DNA from: the human T2T-CHM13v2.0 reference genome, Homo sapiens
NCBI RefSeq assembly: GCF_009914755.1
Contig: NC_060947.1
Length of the DNA: 64,000 nt
Direction: 5' to 3' (one strand)
Shown here: one piece after another, positions 48,190-60,849 of the stretch
How positions within the stretch are numbered: the first letter of the stretch is position 1
How the letters are laid out: every line of letters begins with the position of its first letter
Program-made: the position numbers and the translations under genes
Notes under the pieces: generated by a model
What the model saw: only the letters and a program-made list of their open reading frames with translations
Database searches by the model: none
Told to the model about the DNA's origin: nothing

Positions 48190-49060
48190 AAGTACTCATA
48201 AAAAAGCAGAACTTTAAAATTTCTACAAGAAAATATAGAAGAAAATATTTCTGACTTTGGCATAGAGAAGAATATCTTAAGTAAGACATCTCGTAAAAAA
48301 CTGACCGTAAGAAAAAAGAGATGAATACATTCGACTACATTAAAATTAGGACCTTCTATTCATCAAAGGACACCATCAAGTAATTGAAAAACAGACTCAA
48401 AATAGAAGAAAACAACTGCAACATCTGTAACACATAAGAATATGAAAAATGCCAGCAAGTCAAATAGAAGATGAATAACCCAATCGATAATGAAAAGAAA
48501 ACCTGAACCAAAATCTTAAAGAGAAATATGTATATACATTAAACATGAAGATATGTTCAATCTCATTAGTAATCAAGGACATGTAGGCCAGGATTACAAT
48601 GAGATACCATGTTGATTGACACAAATGAGAAGTTTGACAATTCCACGTGTGAGAGAAGATATACATGAACAAAAATTTGTATTTATTGTTGGTGGGTGTG
48701 TGTACTGAAATGGCCATTTCAGAAAACAATTTGTTATTCTCAATAAGGTGAACATTCACATACCCATCAAGACAACAACTCCACTTTTTGATATGTGCAT
48801 CCTCAGAGAAACTGTTTAACATGGATAACAAGACTGTTACAACAATGATCATTTCAGCCCTTTTTGTAGTAATCAAAAAAAAGGAAATAATGTCCACTGC
48901 AAGGAGAATGGAAAAATATACCGTCATCTTTAAACAGAGAATACAGACGTGACAATGAAAAATCTCATCAAAAAGAACCATAAGAATGAATCTCAGACAC
49001 AAATATGTTGGGTGAAAGACAAAGCCCTAAAAAAACTATATTATAGTTTACCATTACTGT
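48190..49060 (+). mobile_element. Ancient L1M ORF2 3' fragment
   Basis: gactacattaaaatt...catcaaaggacaccatcaag...tcattagtaatcaagg...acaatgagataccat. Confidence 0.7.
48306..48424 (-). other. DMD: Latent 119-nt pseudoexon in intron 27
   Basis: Acceptor atttttcatattcttatgtgttacag|ATG, donor ACG|gtcagt; lies in an antisense old L1 fragment. Confidence 0.6.
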
Positions 49061-51989
49061 AATACTGAAATTAAGCACAATTGTTTTTTCACTCATATGT
49101 GTGTGGATTTTTTTTAAACAAAGGAATAACAAAGGTAGCTTTCTAGATGGTGATTATGTCTATTGGGGAAAAGATAGGAAGATGCGAGAGAGGATAAGAA
49201 TGTAACAACGGTCATTTTCTGTTAGCTTTGTAACTGTTGAATGAACCTATAAGTACAGTAAACACAATGCAGCAATCATCACCACTTACTACCACCTGCC
49301 CCCGCCTCACTACCACCAAAATTAAAGGCTTGAAAGGAAGATTTATTTCAGAAGGATCTAAAAAATTAATCAGATTTCCCAAAGTTCTCTATGTTCATAG
49401 CCCTTAGAATGACACAGAGTATTCGATCTCTATCTGATGAAAAGTATCAGTCTCACCTGCTTGGCAAACGTACCAACCTTTCATACCTGCTTGATATCTT
49501 ATGTACAGTTTATTGCAAAAAGTGAAATTAAGTGTTTTGCTTTAAAAGGTGATAGAAATCTAAAATCTGGGTCATTTCCAGCTCCTGCTGGACTACAGGC
49601 TGTCTTCATTCTGGGCAAAGATCCCAGTGGGAAAATATAAATATCTTCTTAAATACCCGAGGGTACCTTAGAGCTTTGAAGACAAGGAGACGTGATTGGT
49701 AATGTGTCTTATTAACTTTGGTGCAGATTGAGGTAATGAACTACCTTGCTGATTTAACTGTCAGAATGGATAGCTTCTTCTGTCCTCAATGCATCTGAAG
49801 GACACAGCTGGAGAGGCTGAATGTACCAGCTTTACAGGTCACCTTTGCAAAATAAAATATAGTCTTGAAGCCCGAATTGGAGCTAAAAGCCACTTAGAAT
49901 AACTGTTAAGCTTAACAGTTTGGATCTTAAAATTACTTTGAAATCACAGAATCCAAAGTGGCTTTGAAGGAAAGTACAAATAAAAAACTAAACTTCTGTT
50001 CAAAATAGTAGATGGAGCTGATGAGGTAACTCCCAACATATCCTGCTTCAGTTATACCAAAATACATGTTAAAATACAAAGGAAACATTTTTAATTCATA
50101 GCTGATCTGTAAAACATGTATATAGAACCTCAGGTGTGAGAAAGAAAAAGAGGGAAATGAAAGTAGAAAGTGGAAAATCAAGCTTATAAAAATACTGGCG
50201 TATCAGAACAGGGTATACGACATCAAAGCTGGGGCATTTAACACTAACTTGAGATGGGAAATGAGGCAAGCCAGGGAAATGGGAAAGAATGAAGCAGTGT
50301 GCCATCCACCCTGTAAGGAAGAAGTAGAACATCCCTAGCCATTGGAATATTATGATTTAGCAAGGAAACTATTGTTGGGGGATTTTGGGCTGAAAAATAA
50401 AGATCCACCCATAACAAACGGAAACTTAAGCTTGTATCACACATGAGGGCAGAGCATAAAATCTCTACAATCCTGATGGCAACAATACAAAAACTCAATA
50501 GCCCAGAGAAAAAAAAAGACAAAAATTCCAGTAAAGGCAATTCCTATTATAGATGAGCTCGCAAATAAACAAATAAACAAACAAAAACCTTACTAGCCAC
50601 ATGGGGAAATTCACTTCCATTAGAGGGAGTCATTAGTTGTAACAAATGGTAGAATCCATACCTTATGACATAAAGATAATAGAACAATTTTGGAGAACTG
50701 TACAATAAATATGCCTAGCCTCATGGTGTATGTTTCCCATAGAGTTTATTTGCTTGAGACTGGCAAGTGGAATTCACACCTAAGAAAAAGGGCTTGGTTG
50801 CCTACATTTCATTTTGGGAGATCATCTCTTTCTTGTTTTCACAAGCCCTGGTTTAAACAGAGAGAGCTGACGGAGACTTGAGGGGAGTGAGGTGAAGAGA
50901 GTTTGAATAGTTAGGCAATTCTTCTTTCTCACCCTTTTATGGGGATAGGTAGGGTAAACTCATCTGAATCATTTTATTTACAGGATCTAAAACAAAACCA
51001 CTCATCTACTGGGTGGATATATTCAGGAAGGGGTGGTTGGTATTCATTTCCTGTTGAGCTGTTGGTATGGCCAAGAAGGAATCAAAAACAACTCTTTCAA
51101 ACGTCTCATTCCTGAAAGGTACGGAGTATAGGTACTTCCAGTGCCCATAGGCTCTGAGTTGAGATATGGTAGGTAAATTAGACTCCAGGGCATCACTAAA
51201 GCATTGGTTAAAAAGACATAATATTCAAGAGCAGTTTGTGTAAAGCTGTTGACAAGCGTCAGCTTGAAATTCTTGTTAAACACTACGAGGTACTATAAAA
51301 GCCTAGGAGATCTTTTTTGGGGGGTTCAAAGCTCATATGAATAAGGCCAATCTGGATCCTCAACAGAGCGAATCAAGTCTATAGAGAACGAGCCAGGTCA
51401 GTGGTGATAATATATAGAAGAGGGACAACAGACTAGGCATTATAGATGTGTGTGGGTTTTAACAAAAGGGAACAGCAGTTGTGAGCAGCAAAAAAAGGAC
51501 TTTCACATGAAGAGAGTATTTTTCCCTCTTCACCCTCCCTTATATCGACAGTAGATCTGTATCCAGAAACTGGGATGGAGGAGGAGACTGTGAGACCATT
51601 TATTCTCACTCCTGCGTCTGTATAAATTGCTGAAGCAACAGATTAATCTAAACTTGTGAAATATTTGATTAAGTTATGATATTTAAATTTAAATTAGAGT
51701 ACATTTTAATAACTAAAAGTGAATAAAAAGTAATGAGATCCCAGAGAAATATTGTTAAAGAAGCCAACTACCAGGCAGAAGGTGAAATTTGACAGAGTTG
51801 GGTGTAGTTATTGGAAAAATAAGACGGTGTCATGTTTATTACTCATTAAGTTGAAACATTTCAGTCAAACAGATGGTATCTGTTTAAGTTGTTTAAAGGA
51901 ATACATAGAATTAATCACAAAAAAGAAGAAAACCATAACAAAGAACAGATTTGTGAAACAACTCAATAAAATATTGAGAAATGGAAAAT

Positions 51990-53060
51990 ATGTTTTTTGA
52001 AAAAATATAAACACACATACATAAATGTAGAGAGATAAATATATATACAGACAAAGATGAGACTATTTCTCTATTGAAGGATAAATTACGCCACAGGCAG
52101 CTGAAGCGAGAATTTGAGAGTTGGAAGACAGATTTTAGAAAAGTATCCAAAATTGAGCAGATAGAGATAAGAATATAGAAAATATTAAAGGGAAACCAGT
52201 AACTGGAATATAAGAAGGGGATAGTCTTAATAGCTCTAAGAAAGTTTTCCCTTAGGAAGGAATGAAGAGATTGGGAAAAAGAAAATCTTCACAAAGACAA
52301 TGCAGAACCACTAAAGAAATAACGTATCTGTTCTAATTAACACACCAGGTGACAAAGTATAAATGAAAGCAAATTTACACACAGACAAAGTTGAGTGAAA
52401 CTGTAGAAGACAAAATAGGGTGAAACTGCAGAGCAGACAGGACGAAGAGAAAATTTAAAGGTACCAGAGAAAATGATAAAGAAACAATAACTTGACAGCA
52501 GATTTCCTAAAGGCAAAAAATTTCAAAAGACAAATAATATTTTCAGTGTTGTAGGAAAAAAAAAAACCTGTCCTTACATAATTTCCTGCTCAACTGCATC
52601 ATTATCCAATACTCAGGGCAAAATAAAGGCATTTTCAATATGTAAAATCTGAACACATTTGCTACTCACACTCAAGGAAAGAGCAAGAAAGAAACTGAAC
52701 ACAGAAGCAAAGGGAAGAACAAAAGGCAAAACTGATCACAAAAACTGGGAAAATAGCATCGGTAAATCTAAATAAATATTATATGAAATAGTTAAAACAA
52801 CAGCAGCAGCAACAGCAATTATATGGACTAATTTGGGGGAAATAAGGTGAAAATGAAATATGAGGCAACAATAACGCGGAAAACGGAAGAGGTAGGTTCA
52901 GAGTTAAACTATGCTAATGTTTCCACCATATTATTGTTAGAGAGGTATAGAGAAATATTTATAAGATAAAATAAAGTACATATTCCAAACCAGTGAAAAA
53001 GGACTAAAATGGAACTCAATAATTTGATAACTTCAATATGAATAGGGAATGTTAGAAATG
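51990..53060 (+). mobile_element. Ancient L1M ORF1-region fragment
   Basis: A-rich degraded ORF1-like sequence (gtgaaactg...gacagcagatttcc...gggcaaaataaaggcattttc). Confidence 0.5.
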
Positions 53061-54299
53061 TTATTATACATGAGAAGGAAATGGAAAAATAATCCAATAA
53101 TTGGTCTTGAAAAGTTTGTTATTAATACGAAAACTTAAGAAAATCCCTTCGGAAAATGTACTCCAATATAAATTTCTAATGAATCACGGAGTATCATTTA
53201 AATGAACAACATGAATAATAGGGAACAATGATGCTTATTTAAGGACATTAAGAACATAAGAAAGTAATAGTAGGTGTTTTATTTAAACATTGTCAGAAAG
53301 CATTTCCTGGGTACAAAAAGTCCCTCCCTATTGTAACATGTTAGTGAATTAATTGTGGTTTTCTTGAGACATGTACAGTGCCATCAGATCCCTTCCCTTC
53401 CCATTCTTTGTTATATTTTATATAGCACTCACATAACACTGATACATAAGATACGTCATTATATCCTCAGAAACTGTAATATTTCCTGACATATAGAAGG
53501 CACTTTTCAAGAGTCTGAGGAGTGAATTGCATTTAAAAGAAAAGAATAAGGATGAGTAAAGAAGAGCTTAGAACTGATAATGGAGAAACTCGGATCACAT
53601 TTTACAATTGGAAAATGATAATACTGTATTGGGAATATATGGGGTACTTTAGCTACAAATACATTTTAAAATATTTTTAAAGGTGTACTTTATTATTGAT
53701 CTGAATCGTATCTTTCTTTAAATATCAAACCCTCAACATAGGAAGCAAACTAAATAATGTTTTTCAAAAGTAAAGAGGTACCTGAACACTTTATTAACCA
53801 TATTCACCAAAATAACTCAGTCTGTGTGAGGGAAGGGGGCTTAAAGTCCAACTCATGTGCAATGTCTGGCAGCATCAGCATTTGTAGTGGATAAAGTTTT
53901 GTGCCCCTTGGCACAGTATTTTCATAAGAAAGGTCATAGCTTATTTTTGATGCAATTACATGGCCATCATTTGAGGCACCTGCTTTCTTTATCTAAATTC
54001 AGATAAGCATAATCTAGACAGTAAGGCCCATCCATAAAAGTTAAAGCAGAAGTTGTGATAATACATAAATATAATGCAAACCATCAAAAAATATAGAGCT
54101 GGTTAGGTAACATGTCTAACAAAGAACTCTATGGGGCACGGCAATTACTAAAGACAATTGTAGTAAAAACATACTTCTCTACAGAATGCTTTTCCCCAAA
54201 GATACTTAAATAAGTTTATGTACATACAAAAATAAGAAAAAATAAAGATCATTGTCTATAAATCTGGAGAAAATTTATAGGATTTTATGACCTAATAAT

Positions 54300-54548
54300 A
54301 GTAATGAGAATTAGAAGCATAGCTACTCACATATATTGAGTACTAGGCTAAGTAGTTTAAAGAGAATAGCTCATTTAATTTTCTCAACAACTTATGAATT
54401 ATGTATTATGTCTAGTTGACAGATTGAAAACAGGTTTACACAAGTTAAGCAAATGGCCCAAAGTCATACAACTTATAAGTGCCTGAATGAGGAATTCAAG
54501 CCAAAGTTGTTTTGCACTGGTATCCATGTTCTTAACCACTATGCCTCA
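54300..54548 (-). mobile_element. MIR
   Basis: ctcatttaattttctcaacaac...gttaagcaaatggcccaaagtcatacaac...ggaattcaagcc...cttaaccactatgc. Confidence 0.8.
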
Positions 54549-54601
54549 CATATGACCATGTATTGACATATCATTGACAAAGACCAAGAAAAGCAACTGA
54601 C

Positions 54602-54784
54602 TTCCAAAGTCTTGCATTTCCCATTCAGCCTAGTGCAGAGCCACTGGTAGTTGGTGGTTAGAGTTTCAAGTTCCTTTTTTAAGGCCTCTTGTGCTACAGG
54701 TGGAGCTTGAGCTATGACACTATTTACAGACTCAGTAAGGAGTTTCACTTTCGCTTCTTTTTGTTGGGCCTCTTCTTTAGCTCT
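54602..54784 (-). CDS. DMD: Dystrophin exon 27 (183 nt): RAKEEAQQKEAKVKLLTESVNSVIAQAPPVAQEALKKELETLTTNYQWLCTRLNGKCKTLE
   Basis: Acceptor tttttcag|AGA, donor GAA|gtcagt; phase 0/0; overlaps ORF 54539..54748. Confidence 0.98.
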
Positions 54785-55306
54785 CTGAAAAATAAAGAAT
54801 GCTCTCTTAATAGCATGAAAATAACTTTACATCCAAAATGCATTTCTATGAATCATATAATTTCTTTCTCACAACATCCCAGTTAGAATGAGAATTACAA
54901 AAATAAATCTAATATGAACTCCAGTCTCTTCCATAAATTTAAGTTTAGTTGAAATTGGAAAGTTAAAGAAATAATTTATTATAAGAATACAACAGATCTG
55001 TAACAAGAATAGACTGAAAAGTAGTCTGCATGGAGGTATGGATTTGTGGTCAAATATATACACATTGATATAAATACAATTGTTTGGAAAAGGCAAGAAA
55101 CAAATATTTCAATATTAACTAGGTTAAAAAATATTTGGCAGTCTAGAATTGAAATCACTTATAAATTACTTGGATGAATAATATTGAAACCATCACAAAT
55201 ATCATTATTTAAGTTAAAGGATACTTAACATAGAAAGGTCCCCTTGATGCTATATTTAGGAACATATTTTGATAAAAGAAAGTTTCGTTCGAGAATTGAA
55301 AACACA

Positions 55307-55863
55307 TGAGAGAAAGAGAAACCAAAAAAGGAGCTGCTGATATCAGAAGCTGGCCTGACACCCAGCTATGCCTTGGTCTTCTCAAGTGGAAAATAAACTG
55401 TTTCACAGAATTTCAACATTGGAAAAGGCCACTTTGTTTCCATAATGGATCAAGACCATGACAAGATCATTCCATAATCATGTCTGAATCCAGACAAAAA
55501 CATCAACATTACCGAAACCACAAAACGCCCAACACTCTCCTATCCTGGTTAATATGAACGAACGCCGTTTCTTTATTAATTGCAACTTTAGCCTCATTCT
55601 GGTCTTCTCTCCTTCTGGACAAGATACGATACCCATATAGCTATCCCTACACACTAATGACAAGCAATCCAAAGTAAAGCTTTTAAACCCTCCCTCAAAT
55701 CCCCTAACACAAGCACAAATCCTACAATGTTTTTTTTTTTTTTCATCCACACGCACCCCCTGGCCTCCATGTTGTGTATTCTCCCTCATTGCAAAAAATA
55801 ATGAACCCAACTTGTTCAGCTACAAGAGAGTTGGTGGTGGTCTTCGGTTGGGAGACATTTACA
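55307..55863 (+). mobile_element. ERVL-class solo LTR (MER54/MER73-like)
   Basis: About 550-bp TG...CA unit with poly(A)-signal-like aataatgaacccaacttgttc near its 3' end; subfamily uncertain. Confidence 0.5.
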
Positions 55864-55916
55864 CTCCTTAACCTCAAATGCGTACATGTATTTTAGAAAC
55901 ACACACACATACACAC

Positions 55917-56400
55917 TGTATCTTTAGTCTGTGTTCCTCCAGGGGTCAAACCTGACATTAGCTTTCAAATATAAGTAGTTTATTTATGTGTGCCATGTGA
56001 AAGAAATTCTGGTAGCTGAATGGGGAATTGAGACAAGAAAGGGAAGAGACATCCATATGGGCATACTTATTAATCCCAGCAAACACTGTTAATGACTAGA
56101 GTTTAATCCTGTTAGAAAGCCCTGAGAAATATATGCCTGCGGGTTATCCCATTCAGGGGTGAAGAAATTGGGGTATTATTTCTGTATCATCTTCCCTAAT
56201 TGTTAAAGGCTGTTGGGGAAATGTTAATTTCCCAGTACTTGCAAGCCTACCACACAAGTGCAAAAGTGGGATTCAGTGGCCACAGAAAGCCCTCAAGTAA
56301 AGGAACTCAGGTTCTATAATGTAGAAGTTGGGCCTGCATACAATGCGGTGGTTAAGGTAAGGGCTTATTGGCAGGATATGGATAAGGTCAGCTATAAAAT
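55917..56400 (-). mobile_element. LTR16-like ERVL LTR fragment
   Basis: ttagtctgtgttcctcc...aagtagtttatt...ggggaattgagacaagaaagggaag pattern. Confidence 0.45.
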
Positions 56401-57246
56401 GCCTTTGTATGTGTCAGCATAATCACCCTACTCCTTTGGATTTAGTCCCACAATTCCTTAAAAGTATGCATTATGTCAGAAAATGCAAATTGTTTTGTCT
56501 ATAGAATGCTTAACTTCACCGATTTTAATTGATTGAAATCTTTAGTTCAATATTCTAAATAAATCAGCTTTTTGGCATCACTGAGCATAGAGATTGTTTT
56601 TACACAAATTGCATTTTGACTTTAGTAATTATAGTATAATCAACAAGTTTGATTACCATTCATCATTTAATATGTGCTACTGTGTTCTGTGCCAGCCATG
56701 TCATAAGTGCTACCTCATTAGATCTTTACCCAAACCTTCTCGGATGTGTTTTGTTACCTCTATATTGGACATTAGAAAACTGAGGTTCAGAGAGTTTAAG
56801 GAAATCATCCTCAGAGTTATATCCTCTCTTTCTCATAGTTTCTGTTAAGCGGGTCTCAAATGTTCCATGAGCTGAAGAAGGAGCATGCTGTAGTCAGTCT
56901 AATGAATAAAATTACAATTTATGCTCATTATAAATAACCCAAGCAACTATATAAAAATGTAGAATGAAGAACACTTCTTTCCATGGTTTTTAGACTTCAT
57001 ATATACTTGGTTTAATAAGAGGCTCAGATCTTGGGAAAGGTTCGAAGAACAAACAGCAAAATTTATTAATCCAGGTACATATGAGGAAAGAAGATGATGA
57101 TGAATTTCTCTACTAGGAGAAAAGGTAGAAAGCTAAATGACTGGTACAGTTTCTATACAAATCCTCATAAAAACGGTGGCTCTTGTTTCTTTCCATGAAT
57201 CTAACTATGATATGCTCTGCCATCTTTCATTGCTAGGATTTCACAC

Positions 57247-57449
57247 CAGTGCTTCTTAAAGTGAGCACCCTTGGAATCACTCTGCAACTTGTTCTTTGGT
57301 ATCAAACTCAAACTTGTTAAAAATGAAAAACTACAGGCCTCACCCAAGACTCACTGAATCAGAAATTCTGGGGTCAGGGCCCAGCACTCTGTGTATTAAA
57401 CAAGACTTCCAGGTGATTCTGATGTCCATTCAGATGCAGGAATCACTGC
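57247..57449. mobile_element. MER5A hAT MITE
   Basis: cagtgcttcttaaagtg...actgaatcagaaattctggggtcagggcccagcactctgtgt...ccaggtgattctgatg...aatcactg with terminal inverted ends. Confidence 0.85.
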
Positions 57450-58421
57450 TGTAGTGATTATACAAATTTATTTGTATATTTACTATTCTCACTTTATGTG
57501 TAAGTTCTGGTAAGCACTAGTACTAGAGTTATAATAGAGTAAAAATTAAAAAAAAATAAAACCAGTTAATAACTTTCCCGAGTGTTTTTCAAAGGGTTTT
57601 AGTTTAAAGTTTTACCATATAGTGATTGCTGATCTCCATAAAAGTTTTAAAGTCAGAGGTTGTTTATCAAACTGTACCCTGGGTTCTTTTATGTCAAAAA
57701 AACTTTCCTTTTCAGGGGAAAAATAAGTTATCAAAACAGCACTTCCATTTTCAGGTAAAACACAGGAAAGAACATAAACAGAAGGGGGGTCTCTATTTCT
57801 TCTTTGAGTATCAGGGAGAGATGTCAAAATAGGTCTGTTAGTATCTTCTGACAATAAAGAAAAATTAGCTATCAAATGAGCACAGGTAGAAGTCTGGACA
57901 AGGTACTATTGCTAACCTCCAGGTAGTGAAGTTGCCTTAAAGAAACTGTCTTGAGTAGCAGGCTGAAAACTCAAGAAATGAAATCTTCCTGCCAACTCTT
58001 CCAGTGGTTGTTGCCAGAGGCTTCCAGAGTTTACCTCTTTTTACTATCACCCCCATACTAAACCAATTTTGTAGCTAGACCAATTATCAAAACATGTCAA
58101 TCAATGTAGACAAATTTGTTGGAACACTCATTTCAAGGATGGTTTTCAAATTTTAAAAATTTGAGACAGTTTACTCTAGAGCACAGGAAAATAAGAGAGA
58201 TCTGACTGGGTTGTTGGTGACATAGGCAAATCGCTCATAGGGAGAGGGAAGAGGGCCAGAAGAGGCACTGAACCAAAGGAACCCAGGGATAATCAGAGCA
58301 GCTGAACACAAATGACTCTATAGTATCTACTTACGGATCTGAGGTAGTGGCCATATATAAATAGACGCAGTGAGAAAGGAATTGAGATACAAGAGAAAAG
58401 GCCATATGAGTGACACACAAT

Positions 58422-58547
58422 GGAAAAGAAAGGAAAGGGAAAGGGAAAGGGAAAGGGAAAGGGAAAGGGAAAGGGAAAGGGAAAGGGAAAGGGAAAGGGA
58501 AAGGGAAAGGGAAAGGGAAAGGAAAGGAAAGGAAAGGAAAAAAGAGA
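58422..58547. repeat. 126-nt homopurine tract with (GGGAAA)14 and (GGAAA)n
   Basis: 14 perfect GGGAAA units at 58437-58520. Confidence 0.97.
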
Positions 58548-58899
58548 TGAAATAGAATAAAATACCTTCAATCCTGTGGGCTCTACCACAAATAAAGTCT
58601 GTGACTATGGCTAAATCATTTGACCTATCTGGGAATTGCAGTTTTCTGATAAGCAGAGAGAGAAGTGTGAATTACACAAGTTTCAAAGTACCTTCTAGCT
58701 CTCACATTCTGATAAAGTTTTCCTCAGGGGTGACCTCCCCAAAGTCAAATTTTAAATTATTTTGGTCTTTTGAAATACTCCAATGGTTTTTCTTGTCCAT
58801 TTAGAATAAAAACTGTGATACTCTAACAAAACCCGTTTGTTAACAGATATTTGCCCACCTCCTAAGACTTATCTGAGGTAATTTTATCCCATTTTCCTT

Positions 58900-59322
58900 C
58901 CTTCAGGCAGATTTCTTTCTCTTCCCAATTAGCTTCAGGGTCTTTGCAGAAGCTATGCTCTCTGAATAGAATGTGTTTCCATAAAGATTTTTTTAAGTGG
59001 TTGGCTTTTCCTTATGATTCAGTTCTCTCATATTACATACAATTCTTCATAAATGCTCTATAAGTCAAGTTTTTCTAAAATAGCATCCTACCACCCTCAA
59101 ATCCTGCCTGAACATTATTCATTCTTGATTTCAAAATCCATGTTTACTTCTAGGCAAATTATCATGATTTCATTTATTTTTCCATTTATTGCCTGCTCCT
59201 CACCACACGCTAGAACACTAGAATGTAAATTCCAAGGCAGTGGTCTTGCTCACCACCCTCTATATTCAGTAGCCAGAGGGTGTTTGGCACACAGTAAGTA
59301 TGCAATAAGTTTTAGTTGATAA
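58900..59322 (+). mobile_element. L2 3' end
   Basis: ctagaatgtaaattccaaggcag...tttggcacacagtaagtatgcaataagttttagttga. Confidence 0.7.
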
Positions 59323-59604
59323 ATATGCTATTGCTAGATTAGAATAATTCTGTGTTTTTAATACTCTAGAAATGATTATACTAATTTTTTCTTCATTATA
59401 GTTTCATACACACATAATATTTATACATATTTATGGAGTATATTAGATATTTACTTTCAACATTTGACTAAAGCCGTATGACAGATTCGATATTTAAACA
59501 TCTGAGTTTTCATGTGAGTTACTTTCTGCTATTAACTATAATAGATATTTCTGAATTACCATTTAATTATATAATTTTTTACCATGTGGCCCTTTCACAA
59601 TTAA

Positions 59605-59820
59605 AATAATAAATAATGAGTCCTGGTCATTTATACTGTGCTAGGCATTGTGTTAGAAATTTCATATTTCATCCCTCTAATGATTCTGAAAGCAGACATT
59701 CTGATACCCAGTTCACAAACGAAGGAATTTGGCTCAGTAAGCTCATGTAACTCACCCCAATTTATACAGTTGGCATGGGGCCGAACTAAGTTTTAAACTC
59801 AAGTATCTGGCTCCACATTG
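59605..59820 (-). mobile_element. MIR
   Basis: tactgtgctaggcattgtgttag...cccagttcacaaacgaaggaatttggctcag...tttaaactcaagtatctggctcca. Confidence 0.7.
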
Positions 59821-60678
59821 ATTTTTCCTTGTCACAATCCTTGAACCAAAAAAAGATCTACAGTATTAATATTTCAAGTCATTCTCTAAGTTCTTGCTAG
59901 CACATAAAAATAATAATTATGATTATAGCTACTAATTGAGCACCAACTCTGAGTTAGGCAATTTACTCACATGGTAGTTACAATCAACAGTTCATACATT
60001 CAAGTGAGGAAGTATGATGATATAAACATGATAAAACAGAGGATTATATTGACTATTATATTGTTGCCCAAGGCCATACGAAATGCCACTATGTAGGTTC
60101 AAGTCCAGGCTTCACCTCCAAATCCATACTACATACTACATACCAGTTTCCTTCGTAATAAGTCAATGTTATATTTTGTCCTATTGTTTCAAGAAAAGTA
60201 CATGTAAACTCAGTCCTTTCTATCCATATTAAAGGCTACGGGTTCAAATATTTAGTGTTTCCAAATTCTCAGAAATGCCTTCAAACTACCAAATTAACAC
60301 AGTTTGTTGACTACATTATAAATTTGTCTTTTCAAGAATACTTTTGCACAGTTTCAACGTACATTTACATCAGCTACAGACAGTTAATGAAATGAGTTGA
60401 TTCTGCTCTCTTAATACTACATGATTTCAAGGGAAAATTGTTTCAAATTGTGATTTTCAATTTTCATAATTGACCACAATGCATTAAAATTAAACAGTTT
60501 AAGGTTGTTAAAATGTATATTAAACTTGAAGCTAAATTAAAATTATTAATTAAAAATCAACCTCTTCTCTTAGAACCAGGAAAGAGCAGACTGTATACAA
60601 CTTCAAGCATTGTTGCATTTCTTTCTTTTTCCATTTATTTCCTTTGTTTTACTTAGTTTTTCTTTTTTTTTTTTTTAC

Positions 60679-60849
60679 CTTCATCTCTTCAACTGCTTTC
60701 TGTAATTCATCTGGAGTTTTATATTCAAAATCTCTCTCAAGATACTCTTCTTCAGCTTGTGTCATCCATTCGTGCATCTCTGATAGATCTTTCTGGAGGC
60801 TTACAGTTTTCTCCAAACCTCCCTTCAAGGCCTCCTTTCTGGCATAGAC
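60679..60849 (-). CDS. DMD: Dystrophin exon 26 (171 nt): [57 protein letters not shown]
   Basis: Acceptor ttttgtggaag|GTC, donor AAG|gtaaaa; phase 0/0; peptide recognised as dystrophin; lies within ORF 60649..60876. Confidence 0.98.

Noticed and set aside
48460-49002. 180-aa minus-strand ORF
   Set aside because: Antisense reading of an ancient A-rich L1 fragment; hydrophobic low-complexity composition, no recognisable domain.
58329-58341. cag|ATCC|gtaagt after the long pyrimidine tract as a microexon or recursive splice site
   Set aside because: Not an AG|GT recursive motif, the exonic side of the donor is poor, and there is no transcript evidence for a 4-nt exon.
58293-58589. ORFs with (FP)n and (ER)n repeats
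   Set aside because: Translations of the GGGAAA microsatellite.
58600-59900. Candidate intron 26 pseudoexons near recalled deep-intronic variants
   Set aside because: Recalled offsets did not map unambiguously (the A-tract after exon 26 may shift numbering), so boundaries are unsupported.
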